Made by a program: the position numbers and the translations under genes. The notes under the pieces were generated by a model. It saw nothing but the letters and a program-made list of their open reading frames with translations, was not told where the DNA came from and did no database searches. Below are positions 24,510-37,100 of a stretch of 64,000 nt of DNA, in pieces. The DNA comes from Heptranchias perlo (Eukaryota): contig NC_090340.1 in the NCBI RefSeq assembly GCF_035084215.1, forward strand, positions 5,642,001 to 5,706,000, read 5' to 3'. Numbering within the stretch: position 1 is the stretch's first letter; every line of letters starts with the position of its first letter.

Positions 24510-27140
24510 TGAGTCATAGAGTCATAGAGTTATACAGCACGGATAGAGGCCCTTCGGCCCATCGTGTCCGCGCCGGCCATCAAGCCCTGTCTACTCTAAT
24601 CCCATATTCCAGCATTTGGTCCGTAGCCTTGTATGCTATGGCATTTCAAGTGCTCGTCCAAATGCTTCTTGAATGTTGTGAGGGTTCCTGCCTCCACAAC
24701 CCTTTCAGGCAGTGAGTTCCAGACTCCAACCACCCTCTGGGTGAAAAAGTTCTTTCTCAAATCCCCTCTAAACCTCCCGCCTTTTACCTTGAATCTATGT
24801 CCCCTTGTTATAGAACCCTCAACGAAGGGAAAAAGCTCCTTAGTATCCATCCTTTCTGTGCCCCTCATAATTTTGTACACCTCAATCATGTCCCCCCTCA
24901 GCCTCCTCTGCTCCAAGGAAAACAAACCCAATCTTCCCAGTCTCTCTTCATAGCTGAAGCGCTCCAGCCCTGGTAACATCCTGGTGAATCTCCTCTGCAC
25001 CCTCTCCAAAGCGATCACATCCTTCCTGTAGTGTGGCGACCAGAACTGCACACAGTACTCCAGCTGTGGCCTAACCAGTGTTTTATACAGCTCCATCATA
25101 ACCTCCTTGCTCTTATATTTTATGCCTCGGCTAATAAAGGCAAGTATCCCATATGCCTTCTTTACCACCTTATCTACCTGTTCCGCCGCCTTCAGGGATC
25201 TGTGAAATTGCACACCAAATCCCTCTGACCCTCTGTCTTGCCTGGGGTCCTCCCATTCATTGTGTATTCCCGTGCCTTGTTAGTCCCTCCAAAGTTCATC
25301 ACCTCGCACTTTTCCGGGTTAAATTCCATTTTCCACTGTTCCGCCCATCTGACCAACCCATCTATATCGTCCTGCAGACTGAGGCTATCCTCCTCGCTAT
25401 TTACCACCCTACCAATTTTTGTATCATCAGCGAACTTACCGATCATACCTTTTACATTCATATCCAAGTCATTAATGTAGACCACAAACAGCAAGGGACC
25501 CAGCACCGATCCCTGTGGTACCCCACTGGCCACAGGCTTCCAGTCACAAAAACAACCTTCGACCATCACCCTCTGCCTTCTGCCACTAAGCCAGTTTTGT
25601 ATCCAAAGTGCCAAGGCACCCTGGATTCCATGGGCTCCTACCTTCTTAACCAGTCTCCTGTGGGGGACTTTATCAAAGGCCTTACTGAAATCCATGTATA
25701 CCACATCCACTGCGTTACCCTCATCCACACGCCTAGTCACCCCCTCAAAAAATTCAATCAAATTAGTCAGACATGATCTTCCCTTGACAAAGCCATGTTG
25801 ACTATCCCTGATTAATCCTTGCTTCTCCAAGTAGAGACTAATTTTGTCCTTCAGAATTTTTTCCAATAATTTTCCTACCACTGATGTTAGGCTCACTGGC
25901 CTGTAGTTCCCCGGTTTTTCCCTATTCCCCTTCTTGAATAATGGTACTACATTAGCGGTTCTCCAGTCCTCTGGCACATCCCCTGTGGCCAGAGAGGTTC
26001 TGAATATATGTGTTAGAGCCCCCGCAATCCCCTCCTTTGCCTCACACAGTAGCCTGGGATACATTTCGTCCGGGCCTGGGGATTTATCCATGTTTAGGCC
26101 TGCTAAAACCGCCAATACCTCCTCCCGCTCGATGTTAATATGTTCGAGTATATCACAGTCCCCCTGCCGTATTTCTATGTCGACGTCGACCTTCTCCATA
26201 GTGAAAACAGATGCAAAAAATTCATTTAGAGCCCCTCCTACATCTGCCGCCTCCACACACAGATTGCCATTTTTGTCCCTAATGGGCCCCATTCTTTCCA
26301 AAGTCATCCAGCTACCCTTAATATACTTATAAAACATCTTAGGATTTTCCTTTATTTTGCTCGCCAGTGTTATTTCATGGCCCCTCCTTGATCTCCTAAT
26401 TTCTTTTTTAAGTATCCCCCTGCACTTTTTGTACTCCTCTAGGGCTTCCTCCGTCCTTAGCCTTTTGTATCTTCCAAAAGCCCTCCTTTTTTTCCTAATC
26501 CATTCTCGTATATCCCCTGACATCCAAGGTTCCCTGGAGTTCTTGGAACCACCCTTGACCTTTACGGGAACATGTTGCCATTGTATGGTCTCAATCTCCC
26601 TTCTGAAAGACTCCCATTGCCCCGATGCGGATTTTCCTACAAGCAGCTGATCCCAGTCCATTTTGGCCAGATCCTGCCTTATCCTATTAAAATCGGCCTT
26701 CCCCCAATTTAGAACCTTTATTTCCGGCCCCTCCCTATCCTTTTCCATGACCACCTTAAATCTCACCGAATTATGGTCACTGTCACCAAAGTGCTCACCT
26801 ACTGGCACTTCTTCCACTTGGCCGGCCACATTCCCTAGAATTAGGTCCAGTACCGCCCCCTCTCTTGTAGGACTTTCAACATGCTGGCTCAAAAAGATCT
26901 CCTGGATGCACGTTAAGAATTTTGTACCCTCTAAGCCTTTTACACTCTGGGTATCCCAGTTAATATTGGGGAAGTTGAAATCCCCCACTATTATTACCCT
27001 ATTATTTGCACAATTTTCTGAGATTTGCCTACATATCTGTTCCTCTATCTCCCCCTGACTGTTTGGGGGCCTATAGTACACTCCCATCAAAGTGCTTGCC
27101 CCCTTTTTGTTTTTAAGCTCCACCCACATGGCCTCATTAG
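24510..27140 (-). mobile_element. Young CR1 LINE, 5'-truncated ORF2 (partial endonuclease plus RT), one frameshift
   Basis: ORFs 25192-27129 (645 aa) and 24596-25213; FADDTK motif; (ctctatga)n tail at 24510-24535. Confidence 0.95.
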
Positions 27141-27349
27141 ATCCCCTCTCATTTTTCTAAACTCGTGTTGATACAGGCCGAGTCGACCCAATCTTTCCTC
27201 ATACTACAGTCCTGCCATCCCAGGAATCAGTCTGGTGAACCTTCGCTGCACTCCCTCTATCCTAAGAAAGGATATACTTGCCATAGAGGGAGTGCAGTGA
27301 GTTGCACTCGCTCAAGAACTTGTAAATCGGTATTCCACCCTGATGGACA

Positions 27350-29400
27350 TTTGTGATTATTAACTTAGCATCACTTTCTACTGTATGCAATAGTTTCATT
27401 AACTCCTAATACTGTAAAAGTTATCGCACTAGTTCAAGTTTCATTCCTGATATTACAAGTTCTATTTGTTTCTACAAAGTATAATTCTCATGTCCATGAT
27501 GGCGTAGCCATTTTAAAATCCCGCATTGTCCTAACATTTCAAACACATACATTATTCCAAATCGAATACTCTATGAACACTTCATTAATAGTTATGTTGG
27601 GACAAGTCGTAAGTGCACACATAAACCCCTTCCCGACATACACGACTTTAGTTTGTCTTCCCCTATCAGATTTAAGATCAAAATGAAACCTACTTCCTGT
27701 CCCTTCTGGGGTAAAACAAGGATCACTATTCTCAAGTCTACTTCCTTCACAAATAAATCCAAGACCTCCTTCGTGTGTGCATGCCTCCACTGACATAAAT
27801 TCCCATCGTCCATCTGTCCTTTTAGTTGCTAATAAGCGATGATCAGTTGTCATTACGCGTGCTGCAATTTGATGTAATCTTAGAATTATTATAAGATCAG
27901 TGGAGAGGTATGTCGCATTCATCAAGGTTAGTACATAGCCTACATCATATGGAAAGATTACTATATGCCACCAAATCGACAATTTACGTTGAATCTCTGA
28001 GGCGCTCTCCCATATTATCGTTTGCATCTCTGGGGATATAATTCTTCTTTCCCCATTCCTTATCTTACCAATGACCACAGTTTGTAGCCACGCTTGGTGT
28101 TTTATGTAGAAATTGCAAAGAATACATACTCTTGTTTCATCCCTCGTGCTGCCAACAGCAACTAATGATCTTTTTCATTGTCACGATTCCAATCAAGGAA
28201 CATGTGCGCTTGCCCATTACCAATTTCTCCAAGCAGGTTACCAGGGATTTACCCATATCCCTTACTGAGTGACCTATCTTATCTAATTTATTCGTCAATG
28301 TTTCCACATTCATACTATTCAAAACTCCTACTGCAGCACCTCTTCCTTCCATTACTGTACCCAGGATATCACGTTGACGACCTGTATGCGATTTTGAAGA
28401 TTGATGCGGCAGCGTGAGCAACCAAATATTCTAACCTGTATTTCGTGTTTTAATGAAGCGGCACTGGTCGGTTTTATTGAGGAGATATCAGTTCATTTTA
28501 GTGATATTATTATTTTCTTCAGGATCCTACTTTGATTCTCCATTAATCCTTGTGGCGTATTGGTTCGTACTACATTTGGAGTCTTTGTTAGTAAAACGGG
28601 AAATTACCCTGTAACAATGGACGGTCCATAAATAGTCCAAATCCCTCAACTCTCTGGTCTCAAGCGGGTCTTATTTCCACCTTTACAACACATATTTAAG
28701 TGTACTTGTTGTGTGTTGTTACACCATTCATAATCAAATTTATACCAGGGTCCCGAGGTAAACATTTATGGCTGGGAGTATTACCTAATCTATGTTGCAC
28801 AATTCAAACTAAAAGTCAGAACCTTACCATCTGAACTCACCATCATGATGTTATAATTAGGTCCAATTAATTTCTTTGGTCCTAATTAACTATATGTACT
28901 TCTATATTAATGTCCTTATCGAGTTTTGCATGTAAGCGGCTATTCCATGTTATAAAATAACATTAATAATCTACGGCTACACAAATGTCAATCAATTGTC
29001 CACATATTTTGAAGTGCTATGTCCCCAAAACTCTTGAATCGTCTGCAGTAGCCAAACCCTCGCACCAGTAGACTCATAAGCTGTGGTTTGTGTAGTTGGT
29101 GGGTCAAGGACAAGTCCAAAACAACGTCTGGTCACCGAGTGTGAAGCTACCTGACCTCCGTTGCTTTTCTCTGTTGCATCTTGCCATAACAGGTCCAAAT
29201 TATAGATGTGTTTTGCCCTTCAGTATCTGTCAACGTTATTCCACCCACCCCAGTGGATGTCTCTTGTCTCCAAATGATGATGATCACCTGGATAGTGTTG
29301 CTCTCAAAACTTTGTGATGCCACATTCGGCTGGAAGGGCATTCTGAGCCTCCCCAATCCAGCCCTGGGTCACAGCCCATGGACTCATGAATATCCGTAAC
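27350..29400 (-). pseudogene. env: ERV env remnant
   Basis: Cleavage site plus fusion peptide GRQR|DILGTVMEGRGAAVGVLNSMNVETLTNKL (28379 downward), then QAWLQ...IIWESASE...WW...W..MSVEAC...GFICEG...PC...VYVGKG..C...C...NNVCV. Confidence 0.75.
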
Positions 29401-29599
29401 ATTGGTCTTCGTGTGGATAATTTGCTCTTTTTAAAATAAAGCACAGTATCTGATTATCGTTCAGTTTTATCATCTGCTGCTGCCGATTTGAGCTATCAAG
29501 TATGGCACAATTTAACATCCTTGTTATTTCCTTTTCCCGTATACTGTACTAAGTACACATCCAGATTTCGTCTGTGTTCTCTGGGAAAGGGTCCTTTCC

Positions 29600-30720
29600 A
29601 TTTACGCTCAAATACCTGTTCTCGTTTCCCATAATGCAGAACCATAACAAAATATCGTACAGCATACAGAGAGTTTTACTTCTTTGTGGAAAAGCTTTTA
29701 AACCTGATTTTTAGATTTCCCAGTGTTACTTGCCTCAAATCAATTAGTTTCGTTTACATAGTCCACCATCTGATTTAACCATGTACTTCCGATCGCTTCC
29801 AACAACAAAGGAGTTGCTGTGGGCCCTAAAGTGTGTCCTGGTGTGAGCATCGGTCTACTCGTCATGGTGAGTTACCTATGGTGGCAGGAGGAGTTGTTAG
29901 AATTGCCATAAGACACACGGGCAGCATGTTTGCCCACTGAGTGAGGTGATCTGCACAAAACTTCCTAAACAAAATTTATAATGCCCGATTTGCTCTTTCT
30001 ACCTCACCCGACGATTGGGGATGATGTGAGATATGCAGTTTCTGCTCTGTTCTCATGAGCTTTTGGAGTTCAGTCAAGATTTTGCCTGTGAAATGTGACC
30101 CTCGATCACTATCTACTTATGCAAGGAGTCGCACAACACCAGGTTATAGTACAACAGCTTTATTTGAAATCACAAGCTTTCGGAGTTTTGCTCCTTTGTC
30201 TACCCCAGTCCATCACTCTCTACTTATATCGATACTCCCCACCTGCACATCACTTCACTCAACAATATTCTACCTGCAGTAATAATGTTGTTAGTCCGAC
30301 ATGGAAATACTTCTATCAATTTTGTGAAATTATCAATAATGACGAAATAATGCAAGTAGCCTGAAGGCGCTTGGTGTAAAGGACCGATGAAATCAACATG
30401 TAAATTGGTCCACGGTCCTTCAGGGGGAGGTGTGCTTCGAAGGAAAGCAAGATTAATCTGTCAGGCTGGTTTGCGGTGTCAGCATACGAAAGATCTCGCG
30501 ACACTGTGAATGAAGTGATCTTTGCATTCAGGCCGCCATGCAACTTTTTGGATTTAATGCGCCGTGGTCTATGAAGAAAAATGACCACCCCGGGCATGAC
30601 CGTGGAACATGTCAAAGAATCCTTCAGCCATAGTATGCGGAACACACAGAATTGGGAAAGATTCGGTCTTGGATTGATACATAGGTAACAAGTGTGCATT
30701 ATCGCCAAGCATGGTTTCGG
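29600..30720 (-). pseudogene. pol: ERV integrase remnant
   Basis: HGHARGGHF zinc-finger half; GPWTNLHVDFIGPL...IIDNFTKLIEVFP; VDSDRGSHFTG; HISHHPQSSGEVERAN (D,D,E triad recognisable). Confidence 0.9.
30121..30211. mobile_element. Tiny Penelope-like terminal fragment inserted in the ERV integrase
   Basis: caacaccaggttatagt...cacaagctttcggag matches 6037-6088, followed by the inverted ccccagtcc; flanked by atcact(a/c)tctacttat at 30105-30120 and 30212-30227. Confidence 0.6.
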
Positions 30721-30899
30721 GGGACGATGGCGTGGGTTGACGTAGCAGTTTAATTTCTTGGTGCCAAGCCATGCTTTGCTCATACAATGGTCAGGGCACT
30801 TGTCGGCTGTGTAAGTCGAACTTGACGGTATGACTAGCTGTGGCACAGACACGGCCATTGGAGAATGGACCAAATGGATACTCGGTGTGGGCGGCGCCT

Positions 30900-32650
30900 T
30901 GCCAGCCTCGTTGGCTTAGCAATTGTACCAACTGAGTGTTGATTGGTTCCTTTGGTGTGGGCCTTTACCTAACCTATGAAGCGTGGCTGTCCTCTATCTC
31001 TTAATGGGCTCCAAAACATTCTAATTACATCACCATGTACAAGTAATTTCGCAGCAGAGTTGTGGTAGTTATTCTTGCAATATGGAGCAAGTAACAACGT
31101 AGTATTGATAGCATACGCACTATCAGACCGAATGTTAACAGGTTGTTCGGAGGTTTCAATTACAGCTGGGATGCATGCTAGGTTGCTGAGGGAAGTAAGG
31201 GTGGCAATTGAGGGAGTACTGGACTTAATCTTCCATTCATCTTTAAAAACGGGGGAGGTGCCAGAGGGCTGGAAAATTGCAAATGTTACACCCCTGTTCA
31301 AAAAAAGATTTAAAGATAAAGTCAATTATAGGCCAGTCAGTTTAATCTTGACGGTGGGGAACCTTTTAGAAACGGTAATCCTGGACAAAATTAATAGTCA
31401 ATGGAAAACTGTACATTCATTAAGGAAAGCCAGCACGGATTTGTTAAAGGCAAATCATGTTTAACTAACTTGATTGATGAGGTAACAAAAAGGGTTGATG
31501 AGGTTAATGCGGTTGATTTAGTGTGTATGCACTTCCAAAAGGCGTTTGATAATGTGCCACATAATAGGTTTGTCATCAGTGTTGAAGCCCATGGATTAAA
31601 AGGCGCAGTGGCAGCATAGATACCAACTTTAAAATTTGTAGATGACACAAAACCTGGAAGTGTAATGAACAGTGAGGAGGATAGTGATCGACTTCAAGAG
31701 GCCGTAGACAGGCTGGTGAAATGGGCGGACACGTGGCAGATGAAACAACACAGAGAAGAGCGAAGTGGTACATTTTGGTAGGATAAACGGTAGAATTCGA
31801 AAAGGGATGCAGGAACAGAGAGATCTGGGGTTTTCGAGCCCAAATCATTGTGGCAGGCCAGATTGAGAAAGTGGTTAAAAAAGCATATGGGATCCTGGAC
31901 CTTATAAATAGAGGCATAGAGTACAAAAGCAAGCAAGTTATGATGAACCTTTATAAAACACTGGTTCGGACACAACTGGAGCATTGTGTCCAATTCTGGG
32001 CACCACACTTTAGGAAGGTTGTGAAGGTCTTGGAAAGGGCGCTGAAGAGATTTACTAGAATGGTTCGAGGATGAAGGACTTCAGTTACGTGGATAGACTG
32101 GAGAAGCTAGGGTTGTTCTATTTAGAGCAGAGAAGGTTGAGAGGAGATTTGATAGAGGTATTTAAATTCACAAAGGGCCTAGACAGAGTGATAGAGAGAA
32201 ACTGTTCCCATTGGCGAATGGCCAAGAACCAAAGGACACAGATTTAAGGTGATTTGCAAAAGTATCAAAGGCGACAGTGAGTGCTTATGACCTAGAATGC
32301 ACAGCCTGAGCGGGTGACGTAGGCCGATTCAATTGTGGCTTTCAAAAGGGAATTGAATAAGTTTTTGAAAGGGAAAACAATGCAGGGCTACGGGGAAAGG
32401 GTGGTTGAATGGGACCAGCTGGATTGCTCTTGCGAAGAGCCTGCACGGAACCTATGTGCCGAATGGCCTCCTTCCGTTCTGTAACCATTCTATCATTATA
32501 TGATTCTATGAAAAGAACATTGCGACTTCAGCATAATGCGCTGAGTGTGGCACGCACTTCTGCTGGATAATTTATTCAGGGAGGACTACTGCCCATAAAT
32601 GGTACCTCGTTTTGTGAAATGAGGAACCATCGACGTAGACATCGGCAACA
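30900..32650 (-). pseudogene. pol: ERV retroviral-type RNase H, split by a CR1 insertion
   Basis: DVYVDGSSFH and HSAHYAEV (32515-32650); after the CR1, VNIRSDSAYA...VKAHTKG (30930-31165). Confidence 0.8.
31167..32510 (+). mobile_element. CR1 LINE fragment inserted in the ERV RNase H
   Basis: GEVPEGWKIANVTPLFKK, SQHGFVKGKSCLTNL, EHCVQFWAPH; tgattctatg tail at 32501-32510. Confidence 0.9.
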
Positions 32651-32759
32651 TCCTCCAACGAAATCTTCTGAACTGGGTTATTAACGAAGTCTATTAGCGG
32701 TAGTAGACACTCATATCGTTCTCCCCGGTATTGCATCACCTCTGGTAGAAGAGTTGCCT

Positions 32760-33100
32760 ATTTTGGCGCAATGCCAAAATATCGTACCATCAACAACAAT
32801 ATCCAAAGGCTCAAACGAGCAGATGACACCAACGTATCTCCCGGTTTCAGCAATAGGTTAAGTGGAGTGTGCGGGGAGTGGAGCACCAAAGTTTGCAATC
32901 CTATGATGTACCTAAAGTATTTCACAGCCCAAAAGGTGCCCAACAAATGTCTTTGTAATCCCTGAACAAATCCACTCCTGCCAATCCGCGATGCATAAGC
33001 AAAAGGTAAGAGCTTATCTTGGACAACTTGACACTGGACTGCCACTATACTCTGGTCTGATGTTCCTACCTCCACATGGAAAGGCTCGTTTGGTCCCCTA
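32760..33100 (-). pseudogene. pol: ERV degenerate Ty3/gypsy-type RNase H (tether/connection) domain
   Basis: PFHVEVGTSDQS...LLPFAYASR...RHLLGTFWAVKYFRYIIG...HSPHTPL...VSSARL..W.LLL. Confidence 0.8.
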
Positions 33101-33129
33101 TTTCCTCATCCTGACCCTTTATTTGTTCC

Positions 33130-34100
33130 CCAATTAATCCTATCCATCTGAGGTCCCTCATCCACTGACATTGGTTATCCCCAGTTCTCGAATTTTGCTG
33201 CCTCCCGTTGGTCTGGCGATGTGGCCTTCGACATCACCCCAGGCCTCAATAGTGAGTCTCAAAGTTTCGTCCCACCTATCGTTTTTTACAGATAGATACT
33301 CCCAGTGCAGTTTCCAATAACGGTTGCAACAGACTTATAAGCATTTCATAAAACAACTTCTCGTTTCGTCGATCAGGCGGCACTTGGTTTGTTTGTACAA
33401 GTGCTGGCTGAGGTGGCACAATGGATTGTGTCATCCATTACACTTCAAGCAATCGACGGTATAACGCGGTAGTGTGCTCTATAGGTCCCTGTATGGTTGG
33501 TGCAAAATTTGCTTCACATTTAAGGTGTTTATTCCCAATAAATCCAAAAGTCCTCCAAACAGCACACCGGACCCATTTACTGCATGATCGGCAACGGTAA
33601 TACATGATTGTAAGCCCTCATCCAGGGCGGCAAATAAAATAGTTTTTAAATCACCGTTTTCTAGCTCTCCATGGCCCGTTTAAAATCTCCCCAAGCTCGA
33701 GTGAGCACAATAGGGTCATTCCCCTTAATGGGCCTGCCTCGCTTCCCTTCATTAAGTTGCTCAGAAGTTAATTCTTCTGCCGAAGACGCTCTTGGGATAG
33801 GAATGGCAACTCTATCGACGGTTGTTTCAAAACTTGGAAACAAGAAGTTTTACCAAAAAAGGTAAAATGATGAGGCAGTACCTCGGCGGCAGCCATATCT
33901 AGGATACCCTCAAGGCACTGTTACTAAAAGAAGACTGCCTAACTATTATTGTCAAGTTGTTTAAAGTAGCGTAAAATTAGTTTCTCTCCATGAAGCAATT
34001 CAATTGCTTTGAAGTATTTTTAAATTAGCGAGCCCGACGGTCACCTATTCAAACACATCACGAAGGTTTTCTACATTGCAAGGCTTCGTGCCACACTTAG
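33130..34100 (-). pseudogene. gag: Probable ERV gag remnant
   Basis: Fragmented coding-like sequence (e.g. DLKTILFAALDEGLQS) immediately 5' of pol; assigned mainly by position. Confidence 0.4.
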
Positions 34101-34510
34101 ATATTACCTTTGAAATTTTGTCACCAGGTACTGTTCTCCATTTATATGGCCCGTTCAGCACTAAGTCAATGCATTGAGGATCACTGGGAATTCCGCTGAC
34201 ACAGACGTGGGAAGGAACTTAAATACAGCTTCCCATGGCATCGATTTACAACATATTAGCTTATTGTTTTAATTCTTCCTTTTCGTATAATTCTCCCATT
34301 TCTAATCAAAGAGTTTTACAGTCTCTAACTGAATTACCACTTCTGCTGAAGTATTCAATATTCTGATGAACGTCCGTTTGGAAACAGCCCTAAAAACATA
34401 GCCCCACTTCTTATCGTGATAATTCTGATTCCACCCTCCTTGTTACTAAAGGAAACAATCTGTCACTGTTCCCCTTAACAGAAGCTTTCAGAATTATAAA
34501 AGGCTCCCAT

Positions 34511-37100
34511 AGCACTTTGATGGGAGTGTACTATAGGCCCCCAAACAGTCAGGGGGCATAGAGGAACAGATATGCAGGCAAATCTCAGAAAATTGTGCAA
34601 ATAATAGGGTAATAATAGTGGGGGATTTCAACTTCCCCAATATTAACTGGGATACTCAGAGTGTAAAAGGCTTAGAGGGTACAAAATTCTTAACGTGCAT
34701 CCAGGAGAGCTTTTTGAGCCAGCATGTTGAAAGTCCTACAAGAGAGGGGGCGGTACTGGACCTAATTCTAGGGAATGTGGCCGGCCAAGTGGAAGAAGTG
34801 CTAGTAGGTGAGCACTTTGGTGACAGTGACCATAATTTGGTGAGATTTAAGGTGGTCATGGAAAAGGACAGGGAGGGGCCGGAAATAAAGGTTCTAAAAT
34901 GGGGGAAGGCCGATTTTAATAGGATAAGGCAGGATCTGGCCAAAATGGACTGGGATCAGCTGCTTGTAGGAAAATCCACATCGGAGCAATGGGAGTCTTT
35001 CAGAAGGGAGATTGAGACCATACAATGGCAACATGTTCCCGTAAAGGTCAAGGGTGGTTCCAAGAACTCCAGGGAACCTTGGATGTCAGGGGATATACGA
35101 GAATGGATTAGGAAAAAAAGGAGGGCTTTTGGCAGATACAAAAGGCTAAAGACGGAGGAAGCCCTAGAGGAGTACAAAAAGTGCAGTGGGATACTTAAAA
35201 AAGAAATTAGGAGATCAAGGAGGGGCCATGAAATGACACTGGCGAGCAAAATAAAGGAAAATCCTAAGATGTTTTATATGTATATTAAGGGTAAGAGGAT
35301 GACTAGGGAAAAAATAGGGCCCATTCGGGACAAAAATGGCAATCTGTGTGTGGAGGCGGCAGATGTAGGAGGGGTTCTAAATGAATTTTTTGCATCTGTT
35401 TTCACTATGGAGAAGGACGATGTAGACATAGAAATACGGCAGGGGGACTGTGATATACTCGAACATATTAACATCGAGCGGGAGGAGGTATTGGCGGTTT
35501 TAGCAGGCCTAAAAATGGATAAATCCCCAGGCCCGGACGAAATGTATCCCAGGCTACTGTGTGAGGCAAAGGAGGAGGTTGCGGGGGCTCTGACACATAT
35601 ATTCAGAACCTCTCTGGCCACAGGGGATGTGCCAGAGGACTGGAGAACCGCTAATGTAATACCATTATTCAAAAAGGGGAGTAGGGAAAAACCGGGGAAC
35701 TACAGGCCAGTGAGCCTAACATCAGTGGTAGGAAAATTAATGGAAAAAATTCTGAAGGACAAAATTAGTCTCCACTAGGAGAAGCAAAGATTAATCAGGG
35801 ATAGTCAACATGGCTTTGTCAAGGGAAGATCATGTCTGACTAATTTGATTGAATTTTTTGAGGGGGTGACTAGGCGTGTGGATGAGGGTAACGCAGTGGA
35901 TGTGGTATACATGGATTTCAGTAAGGCCTTCGATAAAGTCCCCCACAGGAGACTGGTCAAGAAGGTAGGCGCCCATGGAATCCAGGGTGCCTTGGCACTT
36001 TGGATACAAAACTGGCTTAGTGGCAGAAGGCAGAGGGTGATGGTCGAAGGTTGTTTTTGTGACTGGAAGCCTGTGGCCAGTGGGGTACCACAGGGATCGG
36101 TGCTGGGTCCCTTGCTGTTTGTGGTCTACATTAATGACTTGGATATGAATGTAAAAGGTATGATCGGTAAGTTCGCTGATGATACAAAAATTGGTAGGGT
36201 GGTAAATAGCGAGGAGGATAGCCTCAGTCTGCAGGACGATATAGATGGGTTGGTCAGATGGGCGGAACAGTGGCAAATGGAATTTAACCCGGAAAAGTGC
36301 GAGGTGATGCACTTTGGAGGGACTAACAAGGCAAGGGAATACACAATGAATGGGAGGACCCTAGGCAAGACAGAGGGTCAGAGGGATCTTGGTGTGCAAG
36401 TTCACAGATCCCTGAAGGCGGCGGATCAGGTAGATAAGTTGGTAAAGATGGCATATGGGATACTTGCCTTTATTAGCCGAGGCATAGAATATAAGAGCAA
36501 GGAGGTTATGATGGAGCTGTATAAAACACTGGTTAGGCCACAGCTGGAGTACTGTGTGCAGTTCTGGTCGCCACACTACTGGAAGGATGTGATCGCTTTG
36601 GAGAGGGTGCAGAGGAGATTCACCAGGATGTTACCAGGGCTGGAGCGCTTCAGCTATGAAGAGAGACTGGGAAGATTGGGTTTGTTTTCCTTGGAGCAGA
36701 GGAGGCTGAGGGGGGACATGATTGAGGTGTACAAAATTATGAGGGGCACAGAAAGGATGGATACTAAGGAGCTTTTTCCCTTCGTTGAGGGTTCTATAAC
36801 AAGGGGACATAGATTCAAGGTAAAAGGCGGGAGGTTTAGAGGGGATTTGAGAAAGAACTTTTTCACCCAGATGGTGGTTGGAGTCTGGAACTCACTGCCT
36901 GAAAGGGTTGTGGAGGCAGGAACCCTCACAACATTCAAGAAGCATTTGGATGAGCACTTGAAATGCCATAGCATACAAGGCTACGGACCAAATGCTGGAA
37001 TATGGGATTAGAGTAGACAGGGCTGATGGCCGGCGCGGACACGATGGGCCGAAGGGCCTCTATCCGTGCTGTATAACTCTATGACTCTATGACTCTATGA
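34511..37100 (+). mobile_element. Young CR1 LINE, 5'-truncated ORF2; near-identical inverted copy of 24510-27140
   Basis: ORFs 34618-35778 and 35845-37011 are almost identical to the minus-strand copy; (ctctatga)3 tail. Confidence 0.95.

Larger units (their letters stand above)
27350..34100 (-). mobile_element. Decayed endogenous retrovirus (gag remnant, RNase H tether, RNase H, integrase, env); lokiretrovirus-like; LTRs not recognised
   Basis: Domains occur in retroviral order on the minus strand (see sub-features); many stops and frameshifts. Confidence 0.8.

Noticed and set aside
25153-27058. Long + strand ORFs (e.g. 207 aa at 25153-25776) and their mirrors at 34656-36974 (-)
   Set aside because: Antisense shadows of CR1 ORF2; they recur only because the two CR1 copies are near-identical.
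27140-27350. LTRs or primer-binding site for the ERV (also sought at 34100-34510)
   Set aside because: No direct-repeat pair or convincing tRNA-complementary PBS could be seen by eye; the flanks are CR1 remnants.
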